A stretch of DNA of 63,344 nt. Source: a virus (lineage: Duplodnaviria; Caudoviricetes). Within the stretch, counting starts at the first letter, position 1. Every line of letters starts with the position of its first letter. This document shows positions 50,502-59,325 of the stretch, in pieces. A model generated the notes under the pieces. That model was not told the origin of the DNA. It saw only the letters and a list, made by a program, of their open reading frames with translations, and ran no database searches. A program made the position numbers and the translations under genes. Location: positions 1 through 63,344 of IMG/VR virus record IMGVR_UViG_3300037200_000212; one strand, written 5' to 3'.

Positions 50502-50972
50502 TCAGATTTTGGAAGTATTTGAAATTGTTTGTAACTTGTTGGACATGTAAGCTTTTTGACACTTATCTAATTCTAATAATGCGTACTGCTCATTAGCATA
50601 TGATTCGTATTTGAAATTGATTTTATAGGTTTTTAAATAGTTCACGATTAGATCTAGTCTTTCACCCCAATGAGCTTCCATATCATTATCTTTTAAAGTC
50701 GCGACTAATTTATGGTCGGGAATTCCATTATCTTTGCAAAACATGATGCCAATTAAATTGACTTTGCAGATGGTTCCAGGAACTAATGGTTCATCTGTAA
50801 TCACGAATACATCTAATGGGTCGCCATCTTCACTTAGAGTTTCAGGTATGAATCCATAATTTGCGGGTATAAACTGATTTAAAGGCCTATCAAGCACTAA
50901 TGTATTGGTTTGTTTATCCAATTCATATTTGTATTTGGAACCAGAAGCAATTTCAATGAAAGCTTTTACCAT
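50502..50972 (-). CDS. ppa: Family I soluble inorganic pyrophosphatase
   Basis: KYELDK, LDR, PANYGFIP.T, DGDPLDV, D.K. Confidence 0.9.
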   Translation of the reverse strand: MVKAFIEIASGSKYKYELDKQTNTLVLDRPLNQFIPANYGFIPETLSEDGDPLDVFVITDEPLVPGTICKVNLIGIMFCKDNGIPDHKLVATLKDNDMEAHWGERLDLIVNYLKTYKINFKYESYANEQYALLELDKCQKAYMSNKLQTISNTSKI

Positions 50973-51063
50973 TGATCTTCTCTTTCATCTGGAAAACGAA
51001 ATATTTCAATTGCAATACACCAAACTGTTATTTCAAATATGAAAAGTATTAATAATGATAAAC

Positions 51064-51447
51064 TCATTGGTTTATTATACCGCAACTAGAAGTCACTGTA
51101 AAGTTGCAATTTGAACCGACCGCATTACTATTGTAATAACCAGGTGGAACTAATGTTAAAAATCCGTTATTCAAAGAATAATTAGCATATAAGTTATTAT
51201 CGACGCATATTCCTATTTCATTAAATTCATTGGGATAATTAGTAGTTCCAGGACAAAATTGAACTATTTGTAATTGAGTTCCGTTTGGAATACTCGATGT
51301 GGTTCCATCCGGACAAGTAATGACCGTATTGGTTCCATTTTGAACCACCGTACAAGTTTGTGGTGCATAACTAACGGTTGTTCCATTATCATTGGAACAT
51401 GCAATAATTAAAAGCGCGACTAATATCAATAGCTTATTCATTTTCAT
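51064..51447 (-). CDS. Cys-rich lipoprotein
   Basis: Lipobox LIIAC after a hydrophobic leader; several paired Cys. Confidence 0.6.
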   Translation of the reverse strand: MKMNKLLILVALLIIACSNDNGTTVSYAPQTCTVVQNGTNTVITCPDGTTSSIPNGTQLQIVQFCPGTTNYPNEFNEIGICVDNNLYANYSLNNGFLTLVPPGYYNSNAVGSNCNFTVTSSCGIINQ

Positions 51448-51853
51448 TTCCTTTAAACAATTTATGATTTGGGATTATTTTACGTAATGCCGATTCAGCT
51501 TCGCACGGACAACATATTGTACATGTTTCACAGCATCCTTGCATAGATATGAATTCGAGATATTCAATTGCAGTATTCAACATTGCTTGCAGTTCTTGTT
51601 CTCTAGTCATTTTAAACTCCTATATAATTTATATATCAAATAACCTGTTAAAGCACCAGGAATAATTATCAAACCTGTTATGAATAATACGTGTTTCATC
51701 TTACACACTTTATATGAACAACTTCCATATTGTATTGTTTTGAAGCCTTTTCCCATGCTTCTTTAGGACTATTTGCACGAAAGTTATTAAGAGTCGAACC
51801 ACCAAGAAATGTTATGCGATAAATATACATTGTAATCTCCTTTGTTATTATAC

Positions 51854-51880
51854 TATTCGGCACTATTACAAAAAACTTTA
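51854..51880 (-). promoter_or_regulatory. sigma28 (FliA)-type promoter
   Basis: TAAA-N15-GCCGAATA; precedes a 44-aa ORF (51696-51830) with AGGAG RBS. Confidence 0.7.
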
Positions 51881-52072
51881 GATATATTTTCGTATTTCTT
51901 CTTTATTTAATCCCGCTTGTGTTAATAGTCTTCTAACAAGTCCTTTTGAATGTTCCATATGATTCGGGACTGCTATTGTAATAGTTCCATTACTATATAT
52001 CATATGTCCATTAGCTCTTATCAGGACGAAGTTATGATCTTTTAGTATTCTTATTAATTCTTTGTTTTTCAT
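51878..52072 (-). CDS. hicA: HicA-like mRNA interferase
   Basis: ELIRILK..F..IR..GHMIY......VPNH....KGL.R.L.QAGL. Confidence 0.75.
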   Translation of the reverse strand: MKNKELIRILKDHNFVLIRANGHMIYSNGTITIAVPNHMEHSKGLVRRLLTQAGLNKEEIRKYI

Positions 52073-52096
52073 AATCACCTCTTATATATTACTAAT

Positions 52097-52111
52097 GCAT
52101 ATGTGATGCCA
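52097..52111 (-). promoter_or_regulatory. sigma54 (-24/-12) promoter upstream of hicA
   Basis: TGGCATCACATATGC; conserved AAACTTATGATCAATA (+ strand) at 52155-52170. Confidence 0.7.
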
Positions 52112-52264
52112 AATTTTAATCCCATTCTATTTTATTTGGCGACTAATAATTGTCAAACTTATGATCAATAATTGCAACTGTTTGGATTTACCGAATAGTT
52201 CTTAAACATATCAAAGAGTTCTACAATACAAATTTAATGTATCACTAATACACATAAAATATAT

Positions 52265-52312
52265 TTATACGCTTTCGCGTATAAGACATGTTTAATACGT
52301 TATCGCGTATAA
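52265..52312. repeat. Tandem palindromic 18-bp repeats
   Basis: ATACGCTTTCGCGTATAA (52267-52284) and ATACGTTATCGCGTATAA (52295-52312). Confidence 0.7.
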
Positions 52313-52900
52313 TTTATAACAATTAACGACATTCAATACAAAAACCATCGCCTGGACTTCCATATGAATCTTCTAATCTATTTCCACATTCACAAAAGGC
52401 ATTTTCATGGCATGAATCACAAAGGTTCAACCGTAAGCCTATATTTGCTTCGCATTCTTCGCAGAACTGTTCATGACCGTACAAAACACTAATCTTGCCC
52501 CAAACTAAGTGTCTAGTTTCACGTGACCGTCTGTGCAGTCTAAAGTGTTTAAATGAATGTTTTGAACTTAACGATGGTTCAATTATATATCCAAATAGCT
52601 TCATTTTGACTCCTTTGGAATAGATACAAATCTAACCACACGATTAAAACCTGATTCTTCGTTCCCTTTATTGCAAACACGTTCTGCAATTGCTTTTGAT
52701 TTATAATATTTGGCTCCAACGGCATTTCCGTAACTATATTGACCATCTCCATTCCATGCTGAGATTATATACGCATGTGTTCCAGCTTTAACTTGCTCTT
52801 TACGTGTATTTATGGTATCTTTTTTATAATCAGGACAAATAAGTTTATCATAACCGTGAAATTCACATTGATTCATATAATCTCCTATTAGTTAATATAA

Positions 52901-53137
52901 TTAACAACCAAATAGTTTATTGAGTCTATTAGCTGAACCTTTACCTTTTGATTCAACAATACATACTACATCATGATTCTGAATATACTTTACAATCTTA
53001 TTGATTATGGTATTAGAACAGCCATCATTCATGATAACGATCTCTTCAGTGTTTAATGATTCAAGAGCTTGGTCAATATGAGCTTTAATTTCAGAGAATT
53101 TACTGATATATTCGTTTACTTCTATTGTGATACTCAT
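52901..53137 (-). CDS. Hypothetical early protein
   Basis: AGGAG RBS; first gene after a sigma54 promoter. Confidence 0.5.
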   Translation of the reverse strand: MSITIEVNEYISKFSEIKAHIDQALESLNTEEIVIMNDGCSNTIINKIVKYIQNHDVVCIVESKGKGSANRLNKLFGC

Positions 53138-53174
53138 TTTAATCTCCTTGTTAATGTTGATATATACTACTATT

Positions 53175-53189
53175 GCATGAGCAGTGCCA
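53175..53189 (-). promoter_or_regulatory. sigma54 (-24/-12) promoter
   Basis: TGGCACTGCTCATGC; AAACTTATGGTCAATA (+ strand) at 53232-53247. Confidence 0.7.
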
Positions 53190-53381
53190 AGTTTTGACGC
53201 TTTAAACAGTCAATGCCGAGTCAAAATTGCAAAACTTATGGTCAATATTCACAAAACCTTGAAACCATTAGTATTAACTTAAACATGTTAGTATTCTAAC
53301 GGTTACTATAATTATTCGCGACTAGAACCAATACAAACGATATAGTATATAATGCAGATAACAAGTCTATAGCTAATAGCA

Positions 53382-53522
53382 TTAGAAATACCTCACAATG
53401 GCTTGATCACCTAAGATAGTACGTAAGACATGCAAGGTGTTAATGACATCAAAGTAATCATTTGAATCACTGTGTTTAATCCATTGACCATTGATATCAT
53501 GTTTATACCATATTGAATACAT
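53382..53522 (-). CDS. 46-aa small protein, paralog A
   Basis: MYSIWYKHDINGQWIKHSDSNDYFDVINTLHVLRTILGDQAIVRYF; 26/46 identical to 54073-54213. Confidence 0.65.
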   Translation of the reverse strand: MYSIWYKHDINGQWIKHSDSNDYFDVINTLHVLRTILGDQAIVRYF

Positions 53523-53536
53523 ATAAACCCCTTTAG

Positions 53537-53914
53537 TTAGATAACAGAATAATAGTCAGTACCATCTAAAGTCCAGTTATCAAGTTTAGAAGCTTCTAAT
53601 GCACTAATGCTAGTAAAGTTACCTAACTTAGTGGTAAGACCTGTTTTAATGAAATAAAGACTAGCTATCCTATTTTCGTCAACTATGAGTATTGACTCTT
53701 GGTTATAGTTAACAGCTAGTTCTAATACGTCATTTAAAGCGTTATCAGTTGAAGCATCCACTACATAGGAATTCTCTTGAACTCCATTGTATGAGCCTAA
53801 TACGCTTTTAAAACCATATTGAGAGAGTTCATTCTCAACATGTTGTTTATCATATATTCCAGCTGGTGTTCCTGTTTCAATACTGAATATTACAACTCTT
53901 TTTTTAACGTTCAT
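53537..53914 (-). CDS. SAM lyase (T3 SAMase-like) anti-restriction protein
   Basis: VIFS...GSYNGVQENSYVV...LAVNYNQESILIVD...A.L...LGNF...D.WT.DG pattern. Confidence 0.6.
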   Translation of the reverse strand: MNVKKRVVIFSIETGTPAGIYDKQHVENELSQYGFKSVLGSYNGVQENSYVVDASTDNALNDVLELAVNYNQESILIVDENRIASLYFIKTGLTTKLGNFTSISALEASKLDNWTLDGTDYYSVI

Positions 53915-53943
53915 TTGATACCTCGTTTCATTGTTACTATATA

Positions 53944-53970
53944 TTATCGGCGACTAATTAGAAAACTTTA
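53944..53970 (-). promoter_or_regulatory. sigma28 (FliA) promoter, perfect consensus
   Basis: TAAA-N15-GCCGATAA upstream of the SAM lyase-like gene. Confidence 0.8.
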
Positions 53971-54072
53971 ACAAATAATCATTTATTTAATAGTTTATAG
54001 GTTGAATACCATATAAAAGCTATTAGATAAGAGAATACTAAACAATCTATTGCTAGAAGCATGTATGACTCC

Positions 54073-54213
54073 TTAAAAGTATTTAATAATGGCTTTAGAT
54101 CCTAATATTGACCGTAATTGATATATAATGTTTAATACATCATAAAAGTTATTAGAGTCTTTAAATTTGGTCCATTGAGCATTCATTTTTCGCTTATACC
54201 AAATTGAGTACAT
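54073..54213 (-). CDS. 46-aa small protein, paralog B
   Basis: MYSIWYKRKMNAQWTKFKDSNNFYDVLNIIYQLRSILGSKAIIKYF; GGAG RBS. Confidence 0.65.
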   Translation of the reverse strand: MYSIWYKRKMNAQWTKFKDSNNFYDVLNIIYQLRSILGSKAIIKYF

Positions 54214-54414
54214 ATTAGCTCCAATTGTATGATTTAAGTTTACGTGGATGTTTTACTCGAATAAAGTCTTTAATGATTTTTACTATATATTTCATAAATA
54301 CCTCAATTACTGTTAAGAGCAGTTGATAATCCGCAGAATACTAAGATAAGAGCTATGAGAGTCATGTTACTATCCTTTGTTTGAGTCATTCATTGATTAC
54401 AATTATATATCATT

Positions 54415-54429
54415 GCAATCACAATGCCA
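54415..54429 (-). promoter_or_regulatory. sigma54 (-24/-12) promoter
   Basis: TGGCATTGTGATTGC; IHF consensus TATCAATAAGTTA at 54472-54484. Confidence 0.75.
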
Positions 54430-54718
54430 ATTCTCCAAACACTATATGAGACATAGTAACCCAAAAGTGTATAACTTATTGATACAACTTCATAACTATA
54501 TAATTTAATTGATTATAACATAGACATATGCAAAAGATAGACAGTAGTTTATTTTTATAATACACTACTCCATTACAGTCATACATATGATTACAAATGC
54601 ATGTATATGATGAACAACATGCTCGCTCTCGCTTTCAGCTTCGCTTGCATGTGAATCATTACCATTGATGGTATCATACTTTTTCTTAAAAGTCAATACA
54701 GTATTTTAATAATTCTTT

Positions 54719-54868
54719 TGGTATAATATTTGCAAGTAATATTAATTAGTTGCAACAATCATGCCTGATCATGCCATTAGGACATAGCATGATATTTGCA
54801 TGTAGTATGTGTTGGTATATCTATTGCATATGCATAGAGTGTGCCATGGTCTTTGGCATGGCTATTGC
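54719..54868. promoter_or_regulatory. Array of sigma54 -24/-12 boxes in both orientations
   Basis: +54719 TGGTATAATATTTGC; -54752..54766 AGGCATGATTGTTGC; +54785 TAGCATGATATTTGC (degenerate); +54813 TGGTATATCTATTGC; -54832..54846 TGGCACACTCTATGC; +54854 TGGCATGGCTATTGC. Confidence 0.7.
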
Positions 54869-55027
54869 AGGGGATACCGGGGGGTAGGTTACTCTTGGCT
54901 GGGATGGATTTAAATTATGTTGGACAGAGAATTTTTTAAAAATACAGTATAGTAACAACACCCTCAAAATGACCTATATGATATATTAATATCATGATCA
55001 TAATATAGTAACCTATTATTCGAAGAA

Positions 55028-55037
55028 TAACAACTAT
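55028..55037 (+). promoter_or_regulatory. TAACAACTAT motif, 4 nt before ATG 55042
   Basis: Exact copy of the recurrent motif. Confidence 0.55.
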
Positions 55038-55596
55038 GTGTATGAGTAATGAAAATATAGTAACACCTTATAAACTCTATGATCCAAATTTAGTGGATAA
55101 TTTATCTCATTTACCCAAAATGTGTATCTTTGGGCTTATTGATGAAGTTAATAAAACCATATTAATTTATCGTACCAAGAATATAGTAACAGCTTTAAAT
55201 CGAATTATTAGACAATATGAATATAGTAACAAAAAGATATTAAAACTACCATTAGTTATTATTGAGGACATTAAAAGTAGTAACAATCTTTGGATTAGAT
55301 ATAGTTATTGGAATAGGTATTATAGTAACATGGGCTATAACATATTTAATAAATCCAAATATAACATAGCTTATAAGGTCCATAAAGAGGTTTATAGGGA
55401 CTTTAGATCCATAAAGAGTAGATCGATGCTTTTCTATGTTTCAATCGTTTCTAGGCGGGGTAAGGGCTTTGTAGTGGGTATCTTTGATAAGGTCAATCTA
55501 ATGGATGAATTTGTTTCTCAATCTTATCCTAATGGTGCTATAAATAATATAATATATAGTGATAATAGTCTTACTAGGGAATATTATGCAAAATAA
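55036..55596 (+). CDS. Hypothetical protein (likely start 55042)
   Basis: Long ORF, first gene after the strand switch. Confidence 0.55.
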   Translation: MCMSNENIVTPYKLYDPNLVDNLSHLPKMCIFGLIDEVNKTILIYRTKNIVTALNRIIRQYEYSNKKILKLPLVIIEDIKSSNNLWIRYSYWNRYYSNMGYNIFNKSKYNIAYKVHKEVYRDFRSIKSRSMLFYVSIVSRRGKGFVVGIFDKVNLMDEFVSQSYPNGAINNIIYSDNSLTREYYAK

Positions 55597-56336
55597 TGTT
55601 ACATTCTACTTTTGTCTTGCAGTGTATGGATCTATTACAATAGTTAGTATATTCCTTATGCTTATTATTATATGTGCTAATGCTTATAAGAGTGTTAGTA
55701 GTGCCCGGGGTAAAAAGAAACCACATTTGAGGATTGTTAAATAATGGGCTTTCTATTTGTGATAATGTTTATGTTAATAGTTTCTACATGTGTTCAGGCT
55801 TCAAAGATCAAATCAGTTCCGCCTTGTAAGAGTCATTTATGGATCATTAGAGAGAATAAGATGCTTTGTTCTACTTGTTTAAAAGTTGCAGGTGGGAGGT
55901 GAAAAGGCTTAGTGATAAGGACTTTTTATTATTAGGGAAGACGTTTCTTTATTCATTGAAGTATAGATCTGATTTCATAGTGGATTCTTCTTATCCAATG
56001 AATAATCTCTATTGGATGAAATTGACTAGGTTTGGTATTGACGATAGAGGAATTAGTATGTTAAACTTACGTTATGTGGAATACCAAGATGATTTCTTTC
56101 GTATCAAACCTTTTAAAAAAGATTAGAGGTCCTGTGGGTGAAAAGTTGTTTTGTTACATTTGTGATCAATGTAGATTAGTTATAGGTCAAGGTGGACATG
56201 GGGAATATTATCAGATTAATGGTGGATATTATTGTTCCTTGGGTTGTTATAATGAATTTACTAAAAAAGTAATGGTTCCCAAAGCGAAAAAAATTAGTAG
56301 AAAGACTAAGAAGAAGATTCCCAAAAGGAAAAAGAA

Positions 56337-56678
56337 GTGAAAAAGATTAGCTATGCAAACATAGAAACTAAAGCTCTTAATATGACCATTGGTGAATCCT
56401 ATGGTTTGGGTGATTATACATTAAAAGATGAGCTCGACAAATATGGTGAAGATATCATTGTAGCCCAATATAATTTGAGAACACATGAAGGAGCTAGTGA
56501 ACCTTATTTGGAATGGTTTAGAGCTTGGACAAAAAGTTATGCAATGTGTTTGATTTCATCAGGATTTGGTGACGAAGTAATATTAGGTTTAAAAAGAGAA
56601 ATACCAGAGGAATTAAATGGACGATCTAAAGAAAAAAGAAAAAGAGCAAACCGCAGCAATCGCAAAACTAGTAAGTGA
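56337..56678 (+). CDS. Hypothetical protein
   Basis: 113 aa ORF within a chain of overlapping small genes. Confidence 0.45.
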   Translation: MKKISYANIETKALNMTIGESYGLGDYTLKDELDKYGEDIIVAQYNLRTHEGASEPYLEWFRAWTKSYAMCLISSGFGDEVILGLKREIPEELNGRSKEKRKRANRSNRKTSK

Positions 56679-57161
56679 AAATGCTCATCACGAACAAAGT
56701 GGTTACAGTCAGCCTTATAGATGTGCAAATTGTAATGAAAGAGTAAATTATACTTTCATTCTTCCTTTTTTAAAGGCCCGAGGAATTTGTCCCGATTGCT
56801 GGCATAAAGAAGGTGAAGATGAATAATTATAATAACAAATATTATTTCATTCCACCAGAAGGTGTAGTACATGTTAAGGAATATCATCCACAAACAAGTT
56901 CGTCTATTGGATTACTTGAATTAGACGATTGGGCTGGACCTGGAGTTTATAAACTTTGTCATTATTTTTTGAATAATGGAAATATGATGGTAGAAGTTAA
57001 TGATATATATTTAAAATCATTAACGCAAGGTAATAGCTATTCGTTTAAAAATGAATTGGTTAAAGAAATGAATAACGCAATAGATGAAGTCAAAAAATTA
57101 AATTTTTATAAAAGAAATTTTAAAGATACTCCATTAAGATGGAGTATGATAAGGAAATATT

Positions 57162-57362
57162 ATGGAAAGCCCTGAACAAAATATTAGAATTTGCAAAGTT
57201 TGCCGGATTCCTAAGCAGAGAATCAGTGCTGGTAAATATAATGCAAAAGATAAAAAGTATGTAGATGAAACTGGTAAGACTTGGAACGGTTCAACCTGTT
57301 CCCAGTGTTCTTCAGCTCGTTTAAAGAATTATATGCGCAGTAAACGTAATGAAATTGCTTAG
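57162..57362 (+). CDS. Small Zn-finger protein
   Basis: CKVC...WNG.TCSQC. Confidence 0.5.
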   Translation: MESPEQNIRICKVCRIPKQRISAGKYNAKDKKYVDETGKTWNGSTCSQCSSARLKNYMRSKRNEIA

Positions 57363-57780
57363 ATATGCGCTATGTATTTTGTCTATATTTTATTTTTTTG
57401 GTCCTGTATCTTTTGATAACAAAGTTTTAGAACCATATAAACTTGAAGTCATGACTATGATACAACAACATTGTTATCCAAGTCAATATTATAATCCTAA
57501 GAAGCAGTTTTTATATTTTAAGCAGCTAACTGATGGTGCTATTGGTCAATGTGTTCTGAATCCTTTCTATTACAAAATAGAAATAGATCCTGATTATTGG
57601 AGACATTTATCAGAAGATGAAAGATATCAGTTACTTGCACATGAATTAACACATTGTGTTTTATTAATAGATCATATTGACAATAAGAATGATTACATGT
57701 ACTATTATATGGTTGATATACCAAAAGATATTGTTAAAAAACAACTATTAGAGAACATAAAATTACGATGCGGGAGATAA
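57349..57780 (+). CDS. Secreted zinc metallopeptidase (HExxH..H)
   Basis: Hydrophobic N-terminus; IGQC...LLAHELTHCVLLIDH...YM. Confidence 0.65.
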   Translation: MKLLRYALCILSIFYFFGPVSFDNKVLEPYKLEVMTMIQQHCYPSQYYNPKKQFLYFKQLTDGAIGQCVLNPFYYKIEIDPDYWRHLSEDERYQLLAHELTHCVLLIDHIDNKNDYMYYYMVDIPKDIVKKQLLENIKLRCGR

Positions 57781-58020
57781 TATGAGTAATAAATTAGATG
57801 CATTGTGCGTTATTAAAGATGAAATGCTAACAGATAAAAATGTTGACGCTAGAACAGTTCTTAATGCTGCTAAATTTGCAGAGAACGATAAGTATCTTTA
57901 TGAGCTTATGGTTGATTACATGTCTGTTTTGGATCCTGATATTAAAAAAATGCTAATGGAAGAAGTATTGAATTATACAGAAGAAGTTATTAGACAAATG
58001 CGTATGAGAAATGAAATTTA

Positions 58021-58368
58021 ATGATAGTATTTAGAACGAATCAGTTAGTTACATACGATGTTGATGACACTCTTATTATGTGGAATCTGGAAGATACTTC
58101 CAAGAATATTCCGATAGAAGATCCTTACATTATTGGTATGACTAATTTTGTAACACCAAATGAAAAGCATATTGATCTCATGAAAAAGCATAAAGCAAGG
58201 GGATACACGGTAATAGTTTGGTCCGCACAAGGTGTTGAATGGGCTGAAGCAGTAGTTAAGGCTTTAAAAATAGAACAATATGTGGATGCAGTATTTACAA
58301 AACCTTGTACATATGTAGACGATCTTCCTGTAACCGAATGGTTCGGACAAAGAGTCTATATTAAATGA
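58021..58368 (+). CDS. HAD-family phosphatase
   Basis: YDVDDTL, WSA.G, KP..YVDD. Confidence 0.8.
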   Translation: MIVFRTNQLVTYDVDDTLIMWNLEDTSKNIPIEDPYIIGMTNFVTPNEKHIDLMKKHKARGYTVIVWSAQGVEWAEAVVKALKIEQYVDAVFTKPCTYVDDLPVTEWFGQRVYIK

Positions 58369-58558
58369 AATTAGAAATCTATTATTTCAATGATACTCTT
58401 GAAAACCAATCAGTATGTGTTAATACTTTACATACTATGATTACATGTCTTAAACCAGCACAAGGTGATTATTTTGAATTAGAATTAAAAGAAGGACAAG
58501 TTCCATTCATAAAAGTTTGGAAGAATATGGTTCTTATTAGTTCTATGAAAGAAAGATT

Positions 58559-58921
58559 ATGAAGTTAATCATTGCCGGTTCAAGAACTATAAAAGCTTGT
58601 CCCGCTTTCATTTTTGGATTGTTTAATCAATTTCATATTGAACCAGAAGAAATAGTATCTGGAGGGGCAGGTGGAGTTGATAAGTCTGGAGAATATGCAG
58701 CTAAAATATCTTTAAGAAAAGTTAAAATATTTAAAGCTGATTGGGATAAATATGGCAAAAGTGCTGGACCTATCAGAAATAAACAAATGGCAGAATATGC
58801 AGATAAACTTTTATTGATTTGGGATGGACAAAGTAAAGGTTCTAAAAATATGAAAGAACAAATGCTTAAATTAAATAAACCAATTTATGAAATAATATTA
58901 CCTATGAAAGAAAAACTTTAA
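58559..58921 (+). CDS. SLOG / YspA-like (DUF2493) protein
   Basis: IIAGSR, VSGGA.GVD, ADWDKYGKSAGPIRN..M, WDGQSKGS. Confidence 0.85.
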   Translation: MKLIIAGSRTIKACPAFIFGLFNQFHIEPEEIVSGGAGGVDKSGEYAAKISLRKVKIFKADWDKYGKSAGPIRNKQMAEYADKLLLIWDGQSKGSKNMKEQMLKLNKPIYEIILPMKEKL

Positions 58922-59325
58922 GGTAGAAACACACGACTTGGTCTATCAGCTCTTGTTCCAATATCTAAATGAACCCAATATTTAGTATGATTTAGATCTT
59001 CTAACCATAAATTATATTTTTTGAGTAAATCTGGCCTTGACGCTACTAATTTTCCTAAATTTTGTTGTTCATTATCTTTTAAATCTATCGCTAAACCAAT
59101 CATATGATAACTTCGTTTAGCTGCATTTGTGGTCTTATTATTAATAGCTGGTGGACGAAAACCACTACTTACAATTGCTTCCTCTATACCTAATTCAGTT
59201 AAAAAAGTATTTATAATATCTAACAATTTTATTGCATTATTTTTTACTTCATCTGTCCAATCTAATGGATATAATTTATCTCTACCCATAGCATATTGTT
59301 CTAATGCTATTAATTTATTTTCCAT
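58918..59325 (-). CDS. Peptidase M15 endolysin
   Basis: SSGFRP..N, S.H..G.A.D, WVHLD. Confidence 0.8.
   Translation of the reverse strand: MENKLIALEQYAMGRDKLYPLDWTDEVKNNAIKLLDIINTFLTELGIEEAIVSSGFRPPAINNKTTNAAKRSYHMIGLAIDLKDNEQQNLGKLVASRPDLLKKYNLWLEDLNHTKYWVHLDIGTRADRPSRVFLP

Noticed and set aside
54762-54776. Additional sigma54 box TGGCATGATCAGGCA
   Set aside because: GG-to-GC spacing is one base short of the strict -24/-12 requirement
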